Source: Myxococcota bacterium (GTDB lineage Bacteria; Myxococcota_A; UBA9160; PR03). From it: a stretch of DNA of 58,861 nt. A model generated the notes under the pieces. The model was given only the letters and a program-made list of their open reading frames with translations, searched no databases and was not told where the DNA came from. The DNA lies in NCBI GenBank assembly GCA_028284525.1, contig JANQRO010000273.1, positions 1 to 58,861 of the forward strand, read 5' to 3'. Shown here in pieces: positions 28,189-36,031 of the stretch; position 1 is the stretch's first letter, and every line of letters begins with the position of its first letter. The position numbers and the translations under genes are program-made.

Positions 28189-28710
28189 CTACTCGACATC
28201 CTCGGGTCTGTCCGGTCGCAACCACGGCAATGTGTCTGAGACGGGCGGAGGGGACTCGCCGGGATCCACCAGATGAATGTCGAGGTGGCTCCTGGTTTCA
28301 TCATCGAAGAATCGCTGAGCGTACCGCCACCACTCCAGGCCGCCTGGCTCCTTGAGGAGTGCCAAGCAGAACGCTCCGCGGCGGTTCAATTCGATTCGAC
28401 TCTCCAGACCCCGTTGATGCATTTCCAACGTTTGTTCATAGTCCTCTACCAAGTGGGAGAGAATGATGCCAAACACCATCTTGTCTTGACTTCGAAGCTG
28501 GCTGAAATCGGCAAGTCCGGTTTGAACCACGGCCGGGTAGCGGGCGAGGCGATCGAGGTTTCGTTGAAAGGTGAGCCGGCCGTATTGGTGGATAAGGCCA
28601 AGGGCCAGCTCGCGGCCCCTTCGGATCTGCAGAGCGACGCAGAAGATTCCGACCGCCGCGGCGAAACCGCCGACACCGAACCCGAGAATGGCGAATTCCG
28701 AGGCGTTCAT
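28189..28710 (-). CDS. Hypothetical membrane-anchored protein
   Basis: ATG at 28710 with GAGGA upstream. There is one N-terminal TM helix (FAILGFGVGGFAAAVGIFCVAL). GC content is lower and the composition is protein-like. No family was recognised. Confidence 0.45.
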   Translation of the reverse strand: MNASEFAILGFGVGGFAAAVGIFCVALQIRRGRELALGLIHQYGRLTFQRNLDRLARYPAVVQTGLADFSQLRSQDKMVFGIILSHLVEDYEQTLEMHQRGLESRIELNRRGAFCLALLKEPGGLEWWRYAQRFFDDETRSHLDIHLVDPGESPPPVSDTLPWLRPDRPEDVE

Positions 28711-29187
28711 CGTTGAGTCCTCTCGATGGCGGAGAAATGTGTTGTCGCAGTGCGGCAGGCTGCCGCCGTCTCGCGAGAGCATCCGCCTCAGGCGCGGGAG
28801 CGCAAGCTCGGTCGACTCGTTGTCCGTGCCCCACACTTCTCGAGCCGCCCCGTTCGGGGTGGCTGTCGAAAGAGGCGCGATCGATTGCGGCCGGCTCCGA
28901 GACTCGATGCCCGACGGAAGCGGAAGTGGATGAGTCCGGTCGGGACCTCGCAGGCACGGTCGATCGTCTCGAGGAGGTCTGCGCCACCGCGGTCCACGCT
29001 TCGGCCCCCGAGCGAGCGTGGCTCGAGGACGGCGACCGGGCCTGGATGCCGCAGCGGGGGATGACGAGACAAAGCGCCACCCTGGGGCGGGCCGGCTTTG
29101 CACACGGGACCCGCTCCCGGAGCACCGAGGGCGAGTTCTACATCAGCCCCGACGGCCACGCCGCTGGCCGTTGTGAGGAGCGGTTTC

Positions 29188-30351
29188 GTGCCTAGCTGGG
29201 TCTCTGTTGCGGGGTGGCTCGACGCGCTCGATATCGCGCTCGTGGCCAGCTTCGTCTGGTTGGCGATCCGCTATTTCCGCCGTACACGCAGCCGCGCAGC
29301 CGCCGTCGGGCTCGCCTTGATCGCCGGCATCTACCTCGTGGCTCGAGCTCTCGACCTTGAGCTCACCGCTTCGATCTTGCAGGGGTTCTTCGCGGCGCTC
29401 GTACTCGTAGTCGTGGTGGTCTTTCAGGACGATCTTCGTCGCCTGTTCGAACAGCTCGGATCGTGGTGGCGTGGTCGCGAAACAGGAACCGCCGAGACGG
29501 AGACGCTGGATCAATTGGTTCGCGCCGTCGCGAGACTCGCCGGGTCGCGCACCGGCGCATTGATTGTGCTTGCCGGACAAGAACCGCTCGACCGCCACAC
29601 CGAAGGAGGCGTGGTGCTCGGCGGCCGGGTGAGCGAACCGCTCCTGTTGTCTCTCTTCGACGCTAGTTCTCCGGGTCACGACGGGGCGGTGGTTCTCGAC
29701 GGCCAGGACGTCGAACGCTTCGCGGTCCACCTCCCGCTGTCCGCCAACCGCGCGGCGCTCGGTCCTGGCGGCACCCGCCATGCGGCAGCTCTCGGACTCG
29801 CGGAGCGCTCGGACGCGATCTGCATCGCCGTCTCCGAGGAGCGGGGAACGGTCTCCGTCGCGCAGGACGGGGTGATCCGCACTCTCTCCCGCCCGGAGGA
29901 CCTGATCATCGAGTTGCGCGCGGCGTTTCGGGAAGAGCCGGAGAACCGGCAATGGTGGCAGGGCGGCATCGGTCTGGACGCCGCGGCGGCTATTCTCGTG
30001 GCTTTGCTCCTATGGGTCGTCTTCGTCCCCGGATCAGACCTGGACGAGGAGACCCTTTCGGTACCGGTCACCGTCTCGAACCTCCCGGATGATCTGGAGC
30101 TTGAGTCGGTGGAACCGGCGGCGCTCGATGTGACCTTCCGGGGGCTGCGCCGGGACCTGCTAGTCGCGCAACGCGGCGGGGTTTCGGTCCACATCGATGC
30201 CTATTTGGCGCGTCTGGGACGCCGTACCTTCACCGTCTCGGCACAGGATGTGAGAAAGCCCGAGTCGATTGCGGTGGTGACGGTGACACCGGAGAAAGTG
30301 CGCCTTTCCCTACGCGCTGCCAAGGGTGGCGACGGGGCGACACCTGAGTGA
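29188..30351 (+). CDS. cdaA: Membrane diadenylate cyclase CdaA fused to a YbbR (CdaR-like) domain
   Basis: GTG at 29188. N-terminal TM helices (WLDALDIALVASFVWLAIRYF...) precede the DAC motifs GALIVLAG, HDGAVVLDG and GTRHAAALGLAERSDAICIAVSEERGTVSVAQDG. An extra TM helix (AAAAILVALLLWVVFV) and a YbbR-like repeat (LSVPVTVSNLPDDLELESVEPAALDVTFRG...) follow. Confidence 0.8.
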   Translation: MPSWVSVAGWLDALDIALVASFVWLAIRYFRRTRSRAAAVGLALIAGIYLVARALDLELTASILQGFFAALVLVVVVVFQDDLRRLFEQLGSWWRGRETGTAETETLDQLVRAVARLAGSRTGALIVLAGQEPLDRHTEGGVVLGGRVSEPLLLSLFDASSPGHDGAVVLDGQDVERFAVHLPLSANRAALGPGGTRHAAALGLAERSDAICIAVSEERGTVSVAQDGVIRTLSRPEDLIIELRAAFREEPENRQWWQGGIGLDAAAAILVALLLWVVFVPGSDLDEETLSVPVTVSNLPDDLELESVEPAALDVTFRGLRRDLLVAQRGGVSVHIDAYLARLGRRTFTVSAQDVRKPESIAVVTVTPEKVRLSLRAAKGGDGATPE

Positions 30352-30451
30352 GGCGGACGAGACGAGCCTCGCGCGATCCGGACGGCTCATGGAAGGCCAA
30401 CCCATTGATCGCACCTCGTGACCGGCCAGATCCAGATCTCGAATCGTTCGC

Positions 30452-31477
30452 CTAGTTCAAAGCGTTGTCAGCGTCCGCAAGAACGCCTTGGAAATCTTCG
30501 ACGGAACTCGCGACCCTTCGAGGCGAATCGAACGCCGCGATGTGGAACAATCCGTCTCCCTCGTTGACAAGGGGAAGCTCGGTCCGTCCGATGATGACGC
30601 CATTGTGCGAAGCGACGACGGCCGATTCGTCCGCGCCGAGCGGGTCGCCGACCACACCGAGTTCGTCCCCGGTCTTGACGGGGGCTCCCAGTCGAGCCCG
30701 CCGCCGGAGAATCCCGCTCTCTGGTGCGCGCACCCAATGGCTGGACTGCGCGATGAACGGTTCGACGGAACGACGAGAGCGACCGGGATTGATCATTCCC
30801 AAGGCGCCCATCACCCGAAGCGTCCCCCGAACACCCGCCTGGATCGCTTCCTCGTCGAAACGAAGTGCCTCGCCGCCTTCGTACAAGAGCATTGGGATCC
30901 CTCGCTCCAGCACGGCCTGTCGAAGAGAGTTGTCGCGGAGGTTGGAGTTCACGATGACCGGCACACCAAACGCCCGAGCGAGACGTTCGGTTTCGGGGTC
31001 TTCGAGATAAGCCCGTAGCTGCGGAAGATTGGACCGATGGACCGCCGCGGTGTGGAGATCGACCCCGTGCGTCGCGTTCTCGACGACTTCCGAGATGAAT
31101 AGGTGTGCGAGCCTCGACGCGAGCGAACCTGTAGCGGAGCCTGGGAAAGAGCGATTGAGGTCCCGCCGATCGGGCAGGTAGCGCGAGAGCCCCACGAATC
31201 CGTACAGGTTCACGATTGGAACCGCGATCAGCGTCCCGCGGAGCCGGTCTAGGCTCCGGTGCGCCAGGACACGTCGAATGATCTCGACACCCGCGATTTC
31301 GTCGCCGTGAACCGCGGCGCAAACAAAGAGGCGAGGGCCTTCCAGCTTTCCGTTGACGACTTCGATCGGCAGGGCGATTTCGTTTCCACTCACGCGCTTT
31401 CCGAGCGGGATCTGGATCCGATGCCGTTCCCCACGCGGAACGGCGTTCCCAGCGATCACAACCTCGCCGTCAGCCAC
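30452..31477 (-). CDS. Succinylglutamate desuccinylase/aspartoacylase (AstE/AspA) family metallo-carboxypeptidase-like protein
   Basis: Shows AAVHGDEIAG, DLNRSFPG and VDLHTA zinc-ligand contexts. The start overlaps the stop of the upstream protease gene by 8 nt. Confidence 0.85.
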   Translation of the reverse strand: MADGEVVIAGNAVPRGERHRIQIPLGKRVSGNEIALPIEVVNGKLEGPRLFVCAAVHGDEIAGVEIIRRVLAHRSLDRLRGTLIAVPIVNLYGFVGLSRYLPDRRDLNRSFPGSATGSLASRLAHLFISEVVENATHGVDLHTAAVHRSNLPQLRAYLEDPETERLARAFGVPVIVNSNLRDNSLRQAVLERGIPMLLYEGGEALRFDEEAIQAGVRGTLRVMGALGMINPGRSRRSVEPFIAQSSHWVRAPESGILRRRARLGAPVKTGDELGVVGDPLGADESAVVASHNGVIIGRTELPLVNEGDGLFHIAAFDSPRRVASSVEDFQGVLADADNALN

Positions 31478-31937
31478 GGCTTGTCTTCTTGCGGGTCTTC
31501 TTCTTTCTCTTTTTCGGAGACTGGACCATGCGACGATCGGGATCGATCATGAAGGGCCCGGACAGTGCCGTTCGGCCCAAGAGCATCCGATGGATCATCC
31601 GGCCGCGATCGACCAGGCTGAGCTCAACCTTTCTTTCGACGCGGCCCAGCTTCATCGAGGTTTTGACGAAATAGCGTGTCTCGGTCTCGCCGTTGCTCGA
31701 GCGGACCCGGGAACGACGATGGATTGGCGCCACGACCCGGATTCGACGGTCTCGTTTCTCGCGGTGCAGCACGACGTCGAACCGGAGCCGCTTCCGCGGC
31801 AGCTCGACAATATTCTCCACGTGAAGCGCGCTCGTCCGCGCGCCGGTATCCACCTTCGCACGGAGACGGCGAACTCCCCAGTCGGGAAGGTCCACATACT
31901 CGGTCCAGCCGATGAGAACGGGCTCCTCGCGTACCAC
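31470..31937 (-). CDS. RimB-like retropepsin-fold 'ATP-dependent zinc protease' (PF05618-like)
   Basis: Reads IGWTEYVDLPDWGV.RLRAKVDTGARTSALH...LGRTAL. It has a strongly basic tail (KKRKKKTRKK). The start overlaps the rimK stop by 1 nt. Confidence 0.8.
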   Translation of the reverse strand: MVREEPVLIGWTEYVDLPDWGVRRLRAKVDTGARTSALHVENIVELPRKRLRFDVVLHREKRDRRIRVVAPIHRRSRVRSSNGETETRYFVKTSMKLGRVERKVELSLVDRGRMIHRMLLGRTALSGPFMIDPDRRMVQSPKKRKKKTRKKTSRG

Positions 31938-33172
31938 TATTCGCTCGGTACCGGATCAGCACCTTCGACGACGGGAAGGTCCGCTTTTCGGCGCTTTCTG
32001 CGCTTACGGCGCGGCGGGGCAAGACTCCGGAGGGTGAGCATCTTGCCAAAACAAAGCAGAATGTCGCCTGCGAGGATTTCACGGTCGTTGCGTGGGTTTG
32101 GGATCGAAACGCTATCGCGTTGGATCGTGAGGATGATTACATCCCGCTCGCGCAAGCCGGAACTCCGCACGGTCTTGCCGCACAGCTCCGATCGCTCGTC
32201 AACGGGCACCTCCATGACACCGTAGCCGCTTTGCAAGGTGAGACGCTGGCGAAGATCGATGTCGGGAAACAGCACCTCCTCCTCGATGAGGGCGATGATC
32301 TCACCCGCCACGTCGATTCCGGTTGCGCTCTCGATTCCTTCCAGCCCCGGCGAGGAGTTCACCTCCATGAGGACGGGCCCGTCCTTTCCCTCCAGCATGT
32401 CGACGCCGGCGACCCGGAGCCCCATAATTTGGGCGGCGTGGACGGCTACACGTTGGTATTCGTTGTCGAGATCGACGATCTCAGCCGACCCACCGCGGTG
32501 GATGTTGCTTCTAAACTCGTCCTCTTTCGCAGTGCGGCGCATCGCCGCGACGACGCGGGATCCCACCACGAACGCGCGAATGTCGCGGCCCTTGCTCTCT
32601 TTGACGAAGCGCTGCAACAACACGCTCATCTTCGCGGGCCCGGAGAGAGTCTCGATGATGGCTTCCGCGACATTGGTCGTGTCGGCAAGGATTACGCCGA
32701 CGCCCTGGGTGCCTTCCAGAAGCTTGATGACAACCGGTGTCCCGCCCATCCGTTCGATACCGGGGAGGATTTCGGACGTGTGACGGACGAAGAGCGTGGT
32801 AGGCATACCCACTCGATGGCGGCTCAGCGCCTGCAACGCGCGGAGTTTGTCTCGAGAGACTGAGATCGCGTGCGATGGATTGACACAAAAGACACCCATC
32901 TGCTCGAACTGGCGAACGACCGCCGTCCCGAACGACGTGATGGACGCGCCGATGCGGGGAATGACGGCGTCGTACTGCGTGAGCTTTTTGTTCTTGAAGT
33001 AGAGGCGAGGCGATCCGCTTTCCACTTCGATCGAGAAGGACAGGGTGTTCAGCACCTTGGCATCGTGCCCGCGCGCGGTTGCTGCCTCCCGCAGTCGCCG
33101 AGTGCTGTAAAGCCGCGGGCCACGCGAAAGGATCGCGATCTTTAGGGACTGGGCACTGCGAGGATCGTTCAT
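31937..33172 (-). CDS. rimK: RimK-type ATP-grasp alpha-L-glutamate ligase fused to a C-terminal TrkA_C (RCK_C) domain
   Basis: The ATP-grasp core reads VVIKLLEGTQGVGV...EVNSSPGLEGIE. About 110 extra residues follow (YGVMEVPVDERSELCGKTVRSSGLRERDVIILTIQRDSVSIPNPRNDREILAGDILLCFG), matching the RCK_C pattern. It ends in a basic tail RRKRRKRRK. Confidence 0.88.
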   Translation of the reverse strand: MNDPRSAQSLKIAILSRGPRLYSTRRLREAATARGHDAKVLNTLSFSIEVESGSPRLYFKNKKLTQYDAVIPRIGASITSFGTAVVRQFEQMGVFCVNPSHAISVSRDKLRALQALSRHRVGMPTTLFVRHTSEILPGIERMGGTPVVIKLLEGTQGVGVILADTTNVAEAIIETLSGPAKMSVLLQRFVKESKGRDIRAFVVGSRVVAAMRRTAKEDEFRSNIHRGGSAEIVDLDNEYQRVAVHAAQIMGLRVAGVDMLEGKDGPVLMEVNSSPGLEGIESATGIDVAGEIIALIEEEVLFPDIDLRQRLTLQSGYGVMEVPVDERSELCGKTVRSSGLRERDVIILTIQRDSVSIPNPRNDREILAGDILLCFGKMLTLRSLAPPRRKRRKRRKADLPVVEGADPVPSE

Positions 33173-33256
33173 CGCTTCCGCCTCGGCGCGCTCAAGGCGC
33201 GGTGGGACCCCGAGGATCGCGAAGCCCCTCTCTCGCGGACCAATCTGTCCGCTCGC

Positions 33257-33285
33257 TTGTCTATTACAGATACGTTTTCTATCAT
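33257..33285 (+). promoter_or_regulatory. Candidate sigma70 promoter giving a near-leaderless XRE transcript
   Basis: TTGTCT (33257-33262), a 17-nt spacer, then TATCAT (33280-33285). The ATG at 33300 has no Shine-Dalgarno sequence. Confidence 0.4.
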
Positions 33286-33299
33286 ATTACGCTTCAGTC

Positions 33300-33653
33300 A
33301 TGCTAGATGATTCGAAACATCTCGCCATCTTCCCCAAGCGGCTCCGTGCTGCTCGAGAGTTGAGGGAACTCAGCCAGATGGACCTCGCCGAGCGGGCGAG
33401 GTTGCAGCAGACGGCCGTGTCACTCTACGAGAGCGGGGCCCGCCGGCCGTCCTTGAGGAACCTGCGCAGGCTCTCTGAGGCGCTTGAGGTTACGACGGAC
33501 TACTTGGTGGGACGATCCGCGAGCCCGGGGGCGCTCCCGTCACCCGATGAGCGGCTCTTTAGGGACTTCGAGCGACTCACGACCGCGGATCGCGAGCTCG
33601 CCCGCGAGCTCGTCGCTCAGCTAGCGCGTCGGTCTGGTCCCGGAGGAGTTTGA
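33300..33653 (+). CDS. XRE-family helix-turn-helix transcriptional regulator
   Basis: LRAARELRELSQMDLAERARLQQTAVSLYESGARRPSLRNLRRLSEALEVTTDYLVG is a canonical HTH_3 domain. It carries a 45-aa C-terminal extension. Confidence 0.85.
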   Translation: MLDDSKHLAIFPKRLRAARELRELSQMDLAERARLQQTAVSLYESGARRPSLRNLRRLSEALEVTTDYLVGRSASPGALPSPDERLFRDFERLTTADRELARELVAQLARRSGPGGV

Positions 33654-33656
33654 CGC

Positions 33657-34001
33657 TTGGAAGTTGTACGCACCGGCGAGGCGATTCATATCATCGAGCG
33701 CCGACTGTTCTCCGAAGCCGTGCGGCGCCATTTTGTGGGAGAGGTGCTCGCTACGTCCGACCGGCCACTTCGCGTGCGCGGGTACCTGTTCGTTTACGAC
33801 ACGAGCGCCAGCACGTTCTCGAGAAAACCGGAACTCCGTACCCGAATCGTCTCCTTGGACAACCGTGTAGTCGTCAACGTTCTACCGAGCAGCGTCGACG
33901 TGAACTCCGTCCGCTACGCGCGGGATTCGGACGGAAACCTCACCCTCACCGACAACTTCGAGCTCGACCTCGATATCAGCGAGTTCAGCACAAGGGAGTA
34001 G
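33657..34001 (+). CDS. Hypothetical 114-aa protein coupled to the XRE gene
   Basis: TTG start 9 nt after GGAGGA and 3 nt after the XRE stop. The paralog relic at 13796-13989 differs mainly at synonymous positions (IVSLDNRV is encoded by atc gtc tcc ttg gac aac cgt gta versus atc gtt tca ctc gac aat cgc gtg). This supports a real coding gene. Confidence 0.6.
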   Translation: MEVVRTGEAIHIIERRLFSEAVRRHFVGEVLATSDRPLRVRGYLFVYDTSASTFSRKPELRTRIVSLDNRVVVNVLPSSVDVNSVRYARDSDGNLTLTDNFELDLDISEFSTRE

Positions 34002-34046
34002 CGGCCTCTCCGACGTCCGGGGCGCCAATACCAGGAACTCGGCGCG

Positions 34047-35012
34047 CTACTCGATCACATGGACAGGGGTTGGGCCTGAGGCACGACGTTGCGGCGACAC
34101 GTGCCCGATAGGCCCCCCGTTGCGCCCCGTCGCATGGTGGCTCGGACGCGCCATGTCTTCGGGTAGCGCTGGGCCAGACGCCTCGCGCTCCAGATCTTCG
34201 ATCCAGGCCTCGTCCTCAAACCAGAACTCGCGAATCTTCTCGAGGCCGCCGTTGAGGTGAAGCGCCTCGAGGTAGTTCTCGAGGAGGTTCGCGAGCAATG
34301 TGTCCTCGGGTGGTATTGCGATGCCCATTGGCTCGACCGTGAGTGTCTCTTCCAGGTGCTCGAGATCTGCGTCGGGGTGTTGGAGGCGGGCCAGGGCGCA
34401 GGTCTGATAATCGGCAATGACCGCGTCGACCCGATCGGACAGCAGCATCGCGATCGCTTCGCGAAGGCGCTCGGGTCGCTCCAGCTTCGCTCTGGGTGCG
34501 ACGTTCTCCACGAACTCTTCGCTCGTGGAACCCGCGAGCGCCGCAAGCCGGACCTCGGGTCGATTGAGGTCGGCGATTCCGCGCAGCCGCCCGATCGCGG
34601 CGTGTTTCGCAAGAATCGATTTGCCCGAGACAAAATAGGGCCCGATAAACGCCGCTCGCTGGTTGCGACGCGCATTGATCGTCATCCCCGACATCACTAC
34701 ATCCACTTCGCCGGCCGCCAGTGCGTCCAGAAGGCGAAAGAACGGACGCTCCACGATCTCGGCTCGGACGCGTAGGTTCTTCGCCAGAACGTTTACCACC
34801 GCGACCTCGAAGCCCAGCCACTCGCCTTCCTCCGTGAGAAAATTCAAAGGCGGCTGGTCGCCGCTCATCCCGACACGCAACACACCCGAGGAAGCCACGC
34901 GCGGCAACCCACGCGTCTCGGGAGGATCGCTCTCTATCGAGGTGCGCGATGCCTGACAGCCTGCAAAAACCACGACGATCGCGAGCCCGAGGCCAACTAC
35001 CAACGGATTCAC
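34047..35012 (-). CDS. Family-3 (amino-acid type) ABC transporter substrate-binding lipoprotein, orphan
   Basis: GTG at 35012 gives the signal VNPLVVGLGLAIVVVFAGC. The SBP_bac_3 pattern reads LRVGMSGDQPPLNF...VDVVMSGMTINARRN...AVIADYQT. No permease or ATPase gene is adjacent. Confidence 0.75.
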   Translation of the reverse strand: MNPLVVGLGLAIVVVFAGCQASRTSIESDPPETRGLPRVASSGVLRVGMSGDQPPLNFLTEEGEWLGFEVAVVNVLAKNLRVRAEIVERPFFRLLDALAAGEVDVVMSGMTINARRNQRAAFIGPYFVSGKSILAKHAAIGRLRGIADLNRPEVRLAALAGSTSEEFVENVAPRAKLERPERLREAIAMLLSDRVDAVIADYQTCALARLQHPDADLEHLEETLTVEPMGIAIPPEDTLLANLLENYLEALHLNGGLEKIREFWFEDEAWIEDLEREASGPALPEDMARPSHHATGRNGGPIGHVSPQRRASGPTPVHVIE

Positions 35013-35861
35013 GCACGTCGCGCTGTCGACCGTGGAACCACGGGTACGCGAGGAAGAGGAACCGAGAATCTGATCCAAGTCAACGCCCCGTTGCGATCGC
35101 GGACAGTGGAAAGGAGTAGCGCTGATCGATTGGTGGGTCCACGTCGGCCTAAGATCCCGACCTTGCGATGACGTCACTCAACAAGTGAGGAATCAATAGG
35201 TCCAGAGCCGATCTCTCAAGAAATCGATCGGCCGCGAATCGCACTCAAATCGGAATTCTCGCCGGCGAGGTCATCGCCGATCGGCGAGTATGGAACGACA
35301 AACCGATCGCGCTGACCACGGGCGCTGCGTCCGTGCAGGTCCGTGCCGATCGGAAACGAACGCTCGCTTCGTTCCTCCATTCCGCGATCCGCGCTCACCT
35401 GGCGAGACTGAGGGGACATCGAGGCTCGAGCGGAGTTATGTCGCCGATCACAGTGACGCCGGTCGCCAGCGGAGCCGGCTCTCGTAGGTTGAGCAGCTGA
35501 GATGGTTCAACTGCGCGGCGACCCCTTTTGCGAAGCGCTTCGACGCGGCTCGTTCTCCCTACGGCAGGCGTTCTCGTTGCGCGGTCGCGGCGGCCTCGCC
35601 AGATTCGACATTGCTTCTGCTCCGAGAGAAACGCTTCCAAGCCTCGATCTCAAGTAGTCGTCCGACGCTCCGCCAGGTCGGTGAGGCGAACAGCTGGTTT
35701 TGCTCGCTGGGCTGCCACGGTTGGGGCGGCTTCATGTAGAACGCAATCGTGCGTAGCCACCCGGAGGGCGCTCGGCGGCCTCGTTCGAGCGTGCGCCCAC
35801 TCCACGCCCACATCTCCGGAAAGAAAATTGAACCGAATCGATTACTTAGAGGATTGACCGC

Positions 35862-35888
35862 CGGGTTCGATTCCCGCCGCCTCCACCA
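35862..35888 (+). repeat. att core copy 2 (displaced tmRNA 3' end), perfect
   Basis: 27/27 identity to 11130-11156. It is followed by a T-rich flank similar to that after ssrA. Confidence 0.85.
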
Positions 35889-36031
35889 TTTTTTCCCTTT
35901 CGATTCAGGCGCTTGTGATCGGCCGTTTCGGTCAACAGGGTCGCCACAGGTAGACGCGCCAACGCGCTCCGCTGCCTCATGTCGATCCGAACGGTCGAGC
36001 GTATCCACCTGCGGCGGCGTGCGTCTCCCCC

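Larger units (their letters stand above)
11157..35861. mobile_element. Integrase-less genomic island (about 24.7 kb) inserted in the 3' end of ssrA
   Basis: Bounded by perfect 27-bp direct repeats of the tmRNA 3' end. It carries pseudogene relics, A/T-richer stretches and accessory transport and signalling cargo. Confidence 0.65.
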
